Assembly (NCBI RefSeq): GCF_006345805.1
Contig: NC_042999.1
Coordinates: forward strand, 102,486,001 to 102,550,000
DNA length: 64,000 nt
Direction of reading: 5' to 3'
Origin: Octopus sinensis
Taxonomy: Eukaryota
Shown here: positions 50,970-64,000 of the stretch, in pieces
How positions within the stretch are numbered: position 1 is the first letter of the stretch
Layout: each line of letters opens with the position of its first letter
Notes under the pieces: generated by a model
Seen by the model: only the letters and a program-made list of their open reading frames with translations
Told to the model about the DNA's origin: nothing
Databases searched by the model: none
Program-made: the position numbers and the translations under genes

Positions 50970-51330
50970 GTTTGTTTTTACAGTGTTATTCTCCTTGTCC
51001 TGTCTTTTACTGCTTTTATTTGTATTGCTTTTACTGTCTTGTTTTGTTTTTACTGTCCTGTTCTTGTTATCATTTTTACCCCTCCACAAAAAATCCCAAA
51101 TTTTATTTAATTTGCTTTGCGGGAAGGACTGTTTCAATGAAGTCGCGTCTTGTCCTTACCTTCAAAACGTGGAGTAGACGAAACAGGGACAACTGAAGAA
51201 GGAAAATATTCCTTGTGTTGTATGTCTTGTACTCTGTTTTTTCGATGTTTGAAAAAAAGTTTGTTTCTATGTTTTTGTTTCTCATTGTATTCAATGTTTT
51301 TTTGGTGTCCCGTACCCATATATGCTTGTA
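50970..51330 (+). mobile_element. Penelope-like terminal remnant
   Basis: T-rich body with GACAACTGAAGAAGG and CTTCAAAACGT, preceding a (TA)n-rich tract. Confidence 0.45.
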
Positions 51331-52500
51331 TATATACATATAGATGTAGGTATATACATATATGTATGTATATATGCATATGTTTATATATAATTTATGT
51401 TATTATATGTAGAACGACATTGTCCTATGTATCCTTTCTGAAGACAATAGAGTGTAATCTTGGGGAAATTTGGTTGATATTTCTAACAGGTTTACACAAT
51501 CACACAAAAGCTCCTTCACTGATTCATGCTTAAAATATTATGGAAAAAGGTGCTTTATAATTGGATTTCTCTACCTATTACTGTCTTCCTCTTCTCATTG
51601 ATTTGTAACTTTTTCTCTCAAAATATATTCATTCTCTTAATACTGAATGCAATGCTTTTAACTGGATTTAATCCTATAAATCACATTACCATATGCTACT
51701 GCTAGTTCCATGCCTACATAGACAACATACTGCACGGATAATTAAGCATCTCTATGGCTCTTGAGATTCATTGGAGAGTAAGTGCTTGACAATTTTTATC
51801 ACTGAATATTTGTGTTAGGTTAGCAACGTATTCCAAAGGTCAGACAGTGACTTTGATAACGGACAGATCACAATCAATAAATAAATACTTCCAAAACATG
51901 AAGTCATGAATCTGTTGTGCTCAATATATCTCGAGATGGATTTCCTCTGAGAAATATTCTATAACAAATGTCCACCATGTATTGTCACTAATAATGACCA
52001 AATATCTGATTTTATCAGTCTGTGATCTTGCCTTGCATTTATGTGTCTTCTTCAGTATATGCATGTATATGTGTGTGTGTGTGAGAAATGGGTGTGCATG
52101 AATACTTATGTTGAATTCTCTGTGTGAACATGTGATGGAATGATGTCACTACTTGTGTGTCATTTCACTGTGATATGTTACTGGAAGTAAACATGTGATA
52201 GTAAATATGTATCATTCCGTTTCCAGTATATGTGTATAGAAACACATGATTGTCTATCTCTGTGTTCATACATATATTGTATGATATTTCTCTGTGTATG
52301 AACATTTTTGTATGTATTTGCATACATGTATGTATATGTATGCATGTATGTATGTGTGCATGTATGTGTGTGCATGCATATGTGATTGTGTGTGTGTGTG
52401 TGTATGTGTGCATACATGTGTGTATGTGTGTGTGTTTGTGTGTATGCATGCATATTTGTGTGTGCATGCATGCATATGTGGATGTGTGTGTGCATGTGCT

Positions 52501-52537
<37 letters not shown>

Positions 52538-53044
52538 ATGTGTGTGTACATATGATTGTGTGTCATACTAGTTTATAGATAAGTACTTACTTGTAGTTTG
52601 TATACCACTTCATGTGATGTTGTAAATATGTAGACTGCATGTCACATGAATGGTACCACAGTTCATGTGATAACATTCTTGTGACAACATTCACACGTGC
52701 TTTTAAGATCTTTTAACCATTTAGTCAGAAGAGGAAGGTCAGTGTACGCCATTCTTTACAGGGTTTCTTAGATACTGGAATACAACTAAAATAAGAATCA
52801 GTTCTAATGTTCTCTGAGTATGTCTGTGAAAATGGTGACATATATAATCATACTTCATTTCTTTCAAATTTTTCTTATTCCTTGTCTTCTACTCCTTAAT
52901 GAAGTCACAATGTAAAATGATTTTTAAAAAATTTCTTTGTTTATTTTTTGTCTTTTAGTATTGTAACTGGTTTCAAATATTGGCACAAGGCCAGCAATTT
53001 CGGAGGAAGGTTAAGTCGATTACATTGACCCCAGTGTTCAACTG

Positions 53045-53275
53045 TAGAGGTGCGTGGTTTAGTGGTTAGGGTGTTGGACTCATGATTGTAAGATTGTGGT
53101 TTCAATTCCTGGACTAGGCGACACATTGTGTTCTTGAGCAAAACACCTCATTTCCTGTTGCTCCAGTCCACTCAGCTGGCAAAAATGAGTAATCCTGCGG
53201 TAGACTGTTGTCCCATCCAGATGGGGAATTTATGCGCTGTAGAAATCAGGAAACCGGCCCTTATGAGTCAGCATG
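53045..53275 (+). mobile_element. tRNA-headed SINE (GCTCCAGTCCACTCAGCTGG domain)
   Basis: GTGGTTTAGTGGTTAGGGTG head, GGTTTCAATTCC, CTTGAGCAAAACAC. An inverted relative lies at 54745-54962. Confidence 0.8.
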
Positions 53276-53717
53276 ACTTGAAAAGGTTACTTTTACCTAC
53301 TTTTACCAATGTTCAACTGGTACTTGTTTTATCAATCTTGAAGGATGAAAGGATGAAAGGCACAGTTGATCTTGGTGGCATTTGAACTCAGAATATAAAA
53401 ACGGATGAAATGCTACTAAGCATTTTGTCCAGCATTGTAACAATTCTGCTAGCTGACCCCCTATTTTCATATTGTAGTTTATGATCAATGATTGTCATTA
53501 GTTACAGGTCTACTATAACTGAATGGTTGTGACCATCAAGGATGTTGTTCAACAAATAGGTGTAGTCATAGGCGTGTGGTAAGAAGTTTGCTTCCCAGCC
53601 CCATGATTCCAGGTTCAGTCCCACTGCATGACACCTTGGATAAGTGTCCTCTACTATTTTACTACAGCCCCAGGCTGACCAAAGTCTTTGGTAGGTGGAA
53701 ACTGAAAGAAGCCTGTC

Positions 53718-53748
<31 letters not shown>

Positions 53749-54509
53749 CACATTCACACACACACACGCACACACACACATATGCACACATGTGTGTTGT
53801 GTGTATGTGTGTATGCCTTTGTGTTTGTCCTACCACCACTTGACAACTGATGTTGGTTTGTTTATGTTCCTGTAACTTAGTGGTTTGGCAAAAAGAGACT
53901 AATATAACAAGTACCAGGCTTTAAAAATATATACTGAGGTTGATTCATTCAACTGAAATCCTTCAAAGCAGTGTCTCCAGCTTGGTTGTAGTCTAATGAC
54001 TGAGACATGTAAAAAAATAAAGGACAAAAGATAAATACAATATAAAAATAACAAAAACTAAAAAGACAAGCAAACTAGACATAAAAAAACAAGTTGTGAA
54101 CTAATTTATAAATCCAAATCTTTGTTAATCTAAATTATCGTTGTTAATCTAAATTTAAGTTCAAAGATACCATTTGTTTTTCTAATGATGTCTGCATCAT
54201 TCACTGTCCTTCACTCTCTTTCTCTCTCTATGTATGTCTATATTATCATCATCATCATCACCAACATCATTTAATGTCCGGTTTCCATACTGGCATGGGT
54301 TGTTGGTTTAATAAGATCCAGTGAGCTGCAGGTCTGTTGCTGGATGCCCTTGCTAACACCAATCACTTTGCAGAGCATGCTGGGTGCTTCTTTCTTGCTA
54401 CCAGCTCTAATGAGGTCACTGAGTAACTTGCAAGACAGAAGAAAGAACACAGACAAAAAGCTGTAGGTTACTGAGTTTTGTCTACATGTGTATAATGCAC
54501 TCCATCTCT

Positions 54510-54735
54510 TATTTCTTTATTGCCCACAAGGGGCTAAACATAGAGGGGACAAACAAGGACAGACAAAGAGATTAAGTTGATTACATGGACCCCAGTGCGT
54601 AACTGGTACTTAATTTATCGACCCCGAAAGGATGAAAGGCAAAGTTGGCCTCGGCAGAATTTGAACTTAGAACGTAACAGCAGACGAAATACTGCTAAGC
54701 ATTTTGCCCGGCGTGTTAACGATTCTGCCAGCTCA
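54510..54735 (-). mobile_element. SINE family B
   Basis: Reverse complement of the 29103 copy. Confidence 0.88.
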
Positions 54736-54744
54736 CCGCCTTAT

Positions 54745-54962
54745 GGGCCCGGTTTCCCGGTTTCTATGGCGTATGTGTTCCCCATCTGGATGGACGCCAG
54801 TCTATTGCAGTATTGCTCATTTTTGCCAGCTGAGTGGACTGGAGCAACATGAAATGAAGTGTTTTGCTCAAGAACACAACGTGTCGCCCGGTCCTGGAAT
54901 CAAAAGCACAATCTTACGATCATGGTGCTGACACCCTAACCACTAAGCCACGTGCCTCCACA
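54745..54962 (-). mobile_element. tRNA-headed SINE, same family as 53045-53275
   Basis: CCAGCTGAGTGGACTGGAGC..GCTCAAGAACACAA..CCCTAACCACTAAGCCACG. Confidence 0.8.
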
Positions 54963-55829
54963 TGTGTATAATGCCTCTGTTGTACTGTGCCATAACAGAA
55001 AGTCACCATCCTTTGCTTTCATTGGCAAGCGAGACAACTTCTATATTGCTGGTGTCTGGAAAAATGCACCTAGTACATGCTGTACTATGAGTAGAGAAAG
55101 CATTGGGTTGTGAGATCCCTTTAGTTTTTTCTTGCTTAGGATTTATCAACCTTTCCAGTACTTGTACTCTGTGAAGTGACTAGTGATAAGAGGAATATGT
55201 AGCTGTTGAAACCAATTCAAATGACACTTACAAGCACCAGTCTTTGCGAGCAGGGATTCCCAATAAGGAGTGATTCGGACTGTGGGGAGCCCATCCAACC
55301 TGTGTCAGTATAGAAAGCAAATGGGAAATGATGTTAATGACGACAATGATGATGATAATGATGATTTGGCTATGCAAATACAGTGTGGTCTGTCAGTCAT
55401 CTCAGCTTTGATTCCTCACAGCTGGCACTTAGGTTTCTTATCATGTTGCTTTTATGAGACTGTTTAACCGAGGACCACGACAGCTGGGTTTTTTTTGTGA
55501 GATTTTAGGATAAGAGATGCTTGAAGCTAAACATTTGGTCTTTGTTTAACAATAGATTAATTTTGTTTTTCTATCCTTACAGTAGTTACTGAAATACATA
55601 TTAATGACATGAATGTTAAATGATGATAATGATGATGATGATGATGTTGTACTGAGACTTGATTTACTCATTGATGGTAATTTTCTCTTAATGTATATTT
55701 ATATATCATTATAAGAGATTATTATTACTATAGAAAATAAAATGGTGAGCTGACTGAAATGTTAGCATGTCAGACAAAAATGCTTCGCTGTATTTCTTTC
55801 GATTCATCTCCTTACATCATCATCATTAT

Positions 55830-56605
55830 CATCATCGTCGTCGTTGTTTAATGTCCGCTTTCCATGCTGACATAGGTTAGACAGTTTGATTGAGGTCTGG
55901 CAAGCCAGCGGGCTGCACCAAGCTCCAATCTGATTTGGCAATGTTTCTACAGCTGGATGCCCATCTTAATGCCTACCACTCTGAAAGTATAGAGGGTGCT
56001 TTTTACATGCCACTGGCATGGGAGCCAGTCAGGTGGCTCTGGCATTGACCACATTCAGATGGTGCTTTTTACATTCTGCTGGCATGGGAGCCAGCAGCAG
56101 ATCATACTAGCATGCAGTGGATCATACTAGCTTCCTTTCTTTCAAGTCTACACATGTCCTCAGCAGTCATGGCTCATGTTTCACCGCCATGTAACATGGC
56201 AATTTGCACACATGCATCATACAGTCTACCTTTCACCCTGGGTAAGAGGTCCTTAGTTGCCAGTAGAGGTAGGAGCTCCCCAAACATTGTCCAGGCTACT
56301 TTTATACTAGCAGCTATGCTCTCAGAGCACCCCCCCCCCTACTACAGACTTGGTTGCCTAGGTAGCAGAAGCTATCAACTACTTCTAATTTTACCCACTG
56401 GCATGTGATGGAATCTGTTTTCTGTACATCTTCGGTGCTTCTTGTCCCTGTCCATCTGACACACACAAAAACTATCTTCCCGGTTAATCTTCCTTTGATA
56501 TTGCTGCACCTTTTATGTGTCCATAGCTTACACCAGGTACATCTTACGGAGTTTCTGCCTACGCCTTTTCTACAGATTGAGCAGGGCCATCTACCTGAAG
56601 GGGTT
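55830..56605 (-). mobile_element. RTE LINE fragment (ORF C-terminal part, internal deletion, 3' UTR)
   Basis: WPCSICRKGVGRNSVRCTWCKLWTHKRCSNI..LEVVDSFCYLG..GGCSESIAA..AW..F.ELLPLL..KGRLYDACV..AMLHGGETW, followed by the family 3' UTR and (GAT/GAC)n tail. Confidence 0.92.
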
Positions 56606-58715
56606 TGTGATTTGTTGGCCTTCCTACTTACTAAATTCTAAGTTTAAATTCTTTTAAGGTCGATTTTTACCTTTCATCTTTCCAAACCAATAAAATAACT
56701 ACCAGATTAGCGCTGGAGTTAATGTAATTGTCTAGCCACCCACCTTTTCTTAATTTCAGACCTTGTGCTTATAGTAGAAAGGATTATTGTTATCATTATG
56801 AATTGATAGGTTGTTTGCCCACATAATTTAATTGTTTACATCCTGTCACAAGATCTGTCAGAAGAGCAGTTCTTAACATTCCGAATTTAAGTTTCAATCC
56901 AGTTATCGTTGTTTAAGATCTCTCCTTGGTTGATAAATTAGTGAAGTGTGAATAAATCATAAGAAAAGTCAATTTAAATTGGGCTGTAAATTACTAAAAA
57001 TTCCACAGATATCTACTGGTAGAACTGTATGGGTTGAAGTTTACAAGGTGTAATTTGAGCAGCAGGAGGAGGTAGTAATTGAACCAGTTATTTGAAGGAG
57101 ATCAAAGCATTTCTGTTGTAACATGAGTGGGTGGATACAAAACTGGAACGATGCTTTGGGACATCACATGGTGCCGGTCAAGACAATGTGTCATGTTCTT
57201 GCTTTCACAGTGCTGTCAGTTCCTGAAGTGAAAGGCTCCAACAACTTGTAGTTGACTAGGAATCCTCTCTCTGTTACATACAAAGGGCTTCTGTATATGA
57301 TAAACACAAACACATACCACACACACAAACAAATACATACACACACACACACATTATGGGTGGGCTTCTGTACAATTTCTATCTACCTAATTTCATTCAC
57401 ATGGCATTGATCAACCTGAAGCATATAGTAGAAGACATTTACCCAAAATGGAGATAGATTGAACCCAAAACCATTGGGTAGTGAAGAAGACTTCTTACCC
57501 ATAGAACCATGCTTGCTGCAAAGATATTTATTCATAATATTTGTTGTATTGGTACTTTAGTAACTAATATTAGGTGTTTTTTTTTTTTATTCCTTTACAG
57601 AATAAATATTTTCAAAATTTTAATCACCAAATACAATCACTTCTATTCTATCTAACCATTTCTCTTCACATTGTTATGAAACTCTCCCTCTCTGTCCTCG
57701 CTGCCAACTCACCCAGTCCAATCCTCTGTATCACTTTATCTTTGTACTACTGTACCTTGATGGTATATCTTGACACAAACCCATTACCTTCCCTCTCTCT
57801 CTCTCTCTCTCACTCTGTCCACCTCAATCTTTCTCTCCCCTCTTTATCAACTGGGGCATCCTTGTAATTCTTGTACTGCAAGACACCTATCTCTGCCTCT
57901 CTGTTATTTTAATCTCTCAACTGGCACAAAACCACTTCCCTCAATAATACTGCTTTCCTGTTCCAGTTGAAAGGACTTTGTCTTGCAAGTTACTTGGTGA
58001 CCCCACAGGTGTTGGTGCAAAAAATAAAAAAGCATCCAGCACACTCTGTAAAATAATTGATGTTAGGAAGGGTATCCAGCCTTAGGAACCAAGCCAAACC
58101 AAACAATAGAGCTCAGCACTGCCCCCTGGCTTGCCAACACTTGTCAAACCACTAGTCCCATGCCAGTACGGAAAACAAACTTTAAATGATGGTGATGATG
58201 ATAATGATGACGATGATGATGATGAAGACAACGATGACGATGACGCCGCCACCAATGATCTGAATATGATATAATCATGTGTTTTATTTAACTTGTGAAA
58301 CTTATCTTAATTACCAGAAATAAAACCAAGTGACTAACCCACCCACCCAAATATCTACTAGTCTTTGGTTTCACCAAAGTCATTTTCTTCAGTTTTCTTT
58401 TTTTTATTTCATTATGACGTTTATCCTCCGCCTTTTAGCTGCAGCTATGAAGGAAGTTTCTTCAGTATTCACTTGTTATGTGACCTTTTAAACACACACA
58501 TACGCACAAGCATGCATGCACACACACACACACACATGCACGCACACACACGCACACACATGCACACACACACACACACACAGATGAACTTACATCCACA
58601 TATATTTTATATCTACGTACCCACATTTGGATCTACACATACTATTTCGTATTCAACTGTATATGAACACAGACATACATATACACACATACATACACAC
58701 ACACATACATACACC

Positions 58716-58749
<34 letters not shown>

Positions 58750-58859
58750 TATATAAATGTGTGTATATAGTGTGCATATATATATGTGTGTGTGTGTATA
58801 TATTTATAATATGTGAGGATATAAATATATATATTTATACACATACACATATATGTACA

Positions 58860-58910
<51 letters not shown>

Positions 58911-59734
58911 GCATGCATTCATTTATGCACTCATTCATTCACACCAATTTCTTCACATATACAGGCCCATGCACACACTTCTACATATGCACTTGCAAAT
59001 GCTCTCACACTCACATACACATACATATATGCATACACACACACACACACATATGCACACAATTAACCACCACACTGTGATAGCTTTGCAGACAAACACA
59101 GCATACTTCCCTCATAATCACATACATACATCATTACTTGTACACTCACACGCACTTACACACACACACACATACACGCACACACGCGCACATGCACACA
59201 CATACAAACACACACTTATTTGCACTTGTAGACACTAACACACACTCACAAACACACATACGCACACACACAAACACACACTTACACGCACACTCATTTG
59301 CACTCATAGACACTCACACACATACACACAAACACACACACTTACACGCACACACACACACACACACATACTTATTTGCACTTGTAGACACATGCACTTT
59401 CATGCTGCCTTTCATGAATGTACCAACACCTAAATACACTAACATAGATCTATACACTCTTGCACATATACACTCACCCTGAGAAAGAAGTATATAAATA
59501 TGGCTTGTTCAACATAATTTTTAATTGTTACAGTGACCTGGGACTCTCGCTGTGTATCTAAATATTCATATGTGTTTATGTATGTATGTGTATGTGATTG
59601 TATGTGTGCAAGTGAGAGGGGGAGAGAGAGTGATGGGGAGAGATAGAGAGGGGATGAAAGAAAGAAACTGTGTGTGGTGTGTGTGTATATGTATGTATCA
59701 TTGTTTTATAATGTGAACATTAAAAAATTACTTG

Positions 59735-59800
<66 letters not shown>

Positions 59801-60539
59801 CTCTTTGTTTGACTATGTAAATCTCTAAACTGTGATTTAGCAGATGTGTATGACTTTGTGTGTGTGTGACTTGAGTGCGTGCAAAACTGTTTCACTGTGA
59901 AGACATCTAAATATTAGTTTGTGAGTGGTGTGTGAGTGTGTGTGTGCCTGTGTGCGTGTGTGTGCCTGTGTGTGTGTGTGTGTGCCTGTGTGTGTGTGTG
60001 TGTGTGCCTCTGTGTGTGTGTGTGTGTGTGTAGAACTGTTTTATGGTGTAACTTTATTATTGTGTATTCACATATCTGTTCATGTCTATGTGTATGTGAG
60101 TGTATCTATATGTGTGTGTGTACATGTGTGAATGTGTATATGTGTGTGTGAGTATATGTAGGTAACCACTTTATGTATAGGTTTATATGTAATTGGATAT
60201 CTGTGTTTGTGAGTGTGCTTTTCTATCTCTTTGTGTATACATATGTATATTAAGTGGGTGACTGGTTGAGTATACATGTGTGTGGCTATACAATATGTAG
60301 GTTTTTGTGTATAAGTAAGTATAATGTGACAGTGTGTATGCATATATAGATTTCTATGTATGAACACACTAATATATGTGTTTATGTGTGTGTATGTGTT
60401 CATATGAAAATGTGATATTTTGCACACACGTGAATGTGATGTGTGTGTTTGTATATCTCATCGTGCAAATATAATATATTGTGTGATTGTATATAATACT
60501 GTATATGTATGATATTCTGTGTGTGAAATTTATCTTTCA

Positions 60540-61055
60540 CTTGTTTTAGTTATTAGACTGCTGCTATACTGGGGTACCACTTAGAACAGATTTTAGTTGA
60601 ATAAGCCTGGTACTTATTCTATTGGTTTCTTTTGTCAATCTGCTGAGTTACAGGGACATAAACACACCAACATTGATTATCAAGCAGTGGTAGGGAAATG
60701 CGAAGACACAAAGACACATGCATCATCATTTAACGTCCACTCTTCATGCTGGCATGGGTTAAACGGTTTGCCCGGAACTGGTCAACTGGAGAGTTGCACC
60801 AGGTTCCAGTCTGATTTGGCATGGTTTCTACAGATGGATGCTCTTCCTAATGCATATATATATATGTATATGTGTGTATATATGTATATATATATGACAG
60901 GTTTCTTTTAGTTTCCGTTTACTTAACCTACTCACAAGGCTTTGGTTGGTCCAGGGCTATAGTTGAAGACAGTTGCCTAAAGTGATGTGCAGTGGAACTG
61001 AACTCGGAACCATGTGGTTGGGAAGCAAACTTCTTACTGCACAGCCACACATTCT
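60540..61055 (-). mobile_element. SINE family A interrupted by an RTE 3' tail (60720-60860)
   Basis: Family A halves flank CATCATTTAACGTCCAC..TGGATGCTCTTCCTAATGC. Another partial A copy lies at 61235-61440. Confidence 0.75.
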
Positions 61056-61432
61056 CCTATGCCACTCCTGTGCCTATATTGTGTGCATGACTGCGTAAAA
61101 TATGGCATGTTTAACTTATTCTCATATCTGCATATTGTCTGGGGAGCAGTGTGAGTGAGTATATTAAATTGTGAGCATGTGTGCTTGTGTAGAACAGACT
61201 GTCTGTAATATAATAGCCATATATGATATTCCTTTCTTCTTTTACTTGTTTCAGTCATTTTGGCTGTAGTCATGCTGGAGCATTGCTTTTTTAGTCAAAG
61301 AAATCAACGCCAAGACTTATTCTTTGTAAGCCTTGTACTTATTCTATTGGTATCTTTTGCTGAACTGCTAAGTTACAGGGATGTAAACACATCAACATTG
61401 GTTGTCAAGTGCTGGTGGAGGGGGGACAAATA

Positions 61433-61472
<40 letters not shown>

Positions 61473-62069
61473 TAAATATATACATATATTTGATTTAGTG
61501 ATTAACAAATCGGCATGCTTGATCACTAAATCCACAAGTTTTTATAATTCTCTTTATGTTTATTTTCTCTTATTCCTTTCTGTTGAAGAGCGTAGGCTCA
61601 AAACATAAAAGACTAACTAGACAGCCATATTTACACAATGTTTAATTAACTTAAAATGGTTTTAAACTTTTTAAACTTGTCCAATACCATGGCAAAGAAA
61701 AAAAATTATAATAATTTGGATGCAGAATCATTTGTCTTTATTAATAAAGAGGGAAGAGTTAAAAATTTGATTAACATTTTGTGAAGGTGGGGGGGGGTGT
61801 ATCTATTATTTAATAGTTTGTGAACCATTTGTTGGCTGTTATAATTAGCATGGAAGCATGGGTGATATGAAATATCATAACTTCCAACATATAGGTCACA
61901 TTTTTCAGACGTAAAATAAAAACAGAGGTCAAGTTGATTTTAGAACACTAGTATTCTGTGTAAAATGCAATAGGATTTGGAAAGATAATGAATAATGACA
62001 CTACATGTCTACACTGTATACTATATTGACTTGTATGCTGGAAAATATAGTAACAAGAAGGCTTCAACA

Positions 62070-62360
62070 TGATTCTGTTGTGTCTGGAGAGAGTCATTTT
62101 CTTTTTGTGCCTTATAATTTAACACACTCACTGGTAAAATTTCCACTTATTTCTTATTTTTATTTTCGTAACATTTTCGTTGTGTCTTACAAACTTTTCA
62201 ATAGTCTTGACTCTGAACGGACAGGGTCAAGACTATTGAAAAGGTTGCAAGACGCAACGAAAATTTTAGGAAACTAAAAATATGTGGAAATTTTACCAAT
62301 GAGTGTGTTAAATTATAAGGCACAAAAAGAAAATGACTCTCCCCAGACACAACAGAATAT
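62070..62360. mobile_element. Fold-back MITE (almost entirely palindromic), Mutator-like
   Basis: About 140-bp imperfect arms around a roughly 6-nt centre near 62215. Flanked by a 9-bp direct repeat GCTTCAACA (62061-62069 and 62361-62369). Confidence 0.85.
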
Positions 62361-62414
62361 GCTTCAACACACGAACTCATATAAAGAATCTTGCAAACCA
62401 AATCCAAAAACAAA

Positions 62415-62648
62415 CAGTGGTTCTCAACCATTTTTAGCCAATAGACCCCTTTGATTTCTATTTTACTCGGATGGACCCTTGTGGCCATTGTACTTTTATA
62501 ATTAAATATTATTAAGAATTAAACAAGAAAAACTTTTTTAATATTTTGTCTATTATACAAGTATAACCAATTTATTGTACATAAATTTTAACAATAAAAT
62601 CTTATATGGACCCCCAACGGCCATGTAAACTCTGATGGAGAACTGTTG
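62415..62648. mobile_element. hAT-type MITE, inverted relative of 25819-26052
   Basis: CAGTGGTTCTCAACC start, shared internal AATAAAATCTTATATGG and GGACCC motifs; right end decayed. Confidence 0.65.
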
Positions 62649-63823
62649 TGATAGAAGTAGCAGACAAATTTCCCTCAAACCACAACCCACCATATTAAAG
62701 TAAAACACAAAAGTTAAACAAAAAAATAAAAAAAAAACACAGACAAGGTGACTAAACAAAAATATAGAGGGATCATGGCTGGTATATCCTTGTTCATAGC
62801 ACTACTAATGCCATCTATAACTATTAAGATGCACACACACTTGCCTGTCCTCATTTTCACTGCATTTAGAACCCTGTACCAATCAGGCATTTAATCTTTC
62901 TTCCCCTTTTCAAATGAGGGTACATTTGGGGATCATCATCATCATCGTCGTCGTCGTTGTCATTGTCATCGTCATCGTCATCATCGTTGTCATCATCATC
63001 ATCATCATTTTGTTTTCTCTGCTGGCAAGGGTTAGAGATCATCAACCAAATTAAACCTTGCGAGTTTCCTTCTAGAAGAGACTGCTAGGTTGTAAAAAAA
63101 GCCAAACAACAAAAATACTAATAACAACCTTGAAGCAATCTATTGAGTTTGCTTTAATGACAGATAAATATTAACAAATTATTTCATAGCAAAAGCCAAG
63201 TGATGCAATCATTTGTTTCCTTCCTCTTTCAGCTTCACTGCGCCTGTCTGCCTCTTTTTCTCTCTGTATATCCGTCTGATATACAGACGGATATACAGAG
63301 TGAGAGGGAGAAATTCTCCCACCCTCTCTCTTTCTCTCTTCCTCTACCTATTTATTAATGTATCTGTGTATCTGTTAGTTCATAAATTTGTCAGTCTGTT
63401 CATCAGTTCATCTGACTCTTTCTCTGTTCCCCTGTCTGTCTTCTATCTATGCATTCACACACACAACCACACACACATGCGCATGCACACACACATGCAC
63501 ACACACACATGCACACACACATATGCACACACACACACGCACACAGAAATGCACACAAATCTATGCACATGCAAACACACACAAGCACACATTTATATTA
63601 TACAAGGATGCTCCAAGGAAAAAAAGAACTTGAAAATAAAGACAGTTTTTATGTATTAAAATACATACACACACACACACACATAGATTTGATAGAACAC
63701 ACTGAAGAAAGAGAACTCAATACCTTATGATGTATGATGATGATCATCATCATCATCCCCATCCTCATCATCATTACTATTCTCATTGTCATCCCCATCA
63801 CATCTGCTTTCCCATGCAGTATA

Positions 63824-64000
63824 GCAGTGCTCCACGACTTTTTTTTCGCTTGTGGTACACTTATATTCTTTTCAAAATTTGGTGACACACCTGAACTAAA
63901 AATATAACTAAAAGTATAGGGAAAAAAATTATGTCCAAGTTACACTGTGGCACACCTAGCATCATCTCATGACACACCAGTGTGCCGTGGCATACTGGTT
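63824..64000. mobile_element. hAT-like MITE truncated by the window edge
   Basis: CAGTGCTCCAC start and GTGGCACAC/GTGTGCCGTGGCA subterminal motifs. Confidence 0.5.

Overview
AT-rich, microsatellite-dense eukaryotic DNA. The SINE/LINE repertoire looks like an Octopus (coleoid cephalopod) genome; this is pattern recognition, not a database result. Most ORFs in the supplied track are microsatellite artefacts. The window is mainly transposon debris: four dead mariner copies at 1.7-7.8 kb, several tRNA-headed SINE families, RTE and Dong/R4 LINE fragments, a CRE-clade fragment, Helitron pieces, hAT and Mutator-like MITEs, and Penelope-like remnants. Four small minus-strand exons with strong splice sites (50230-50328, 37503-37583, 31203-31224, 18465-18559) join in phase into an unrecognised open frame. 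A CpG-content boundary lies near 26.4-27.2 kb. The most striking structure is a tandemly duplicated fold-back (9835-11160, period 695 nt). It carries four copies, two per strand, of a minimal hammerhead-ribozyme motif whose two core deviations (U3, A8) are mutually compensatory, giving a retrozyme/viroid-like architecture.
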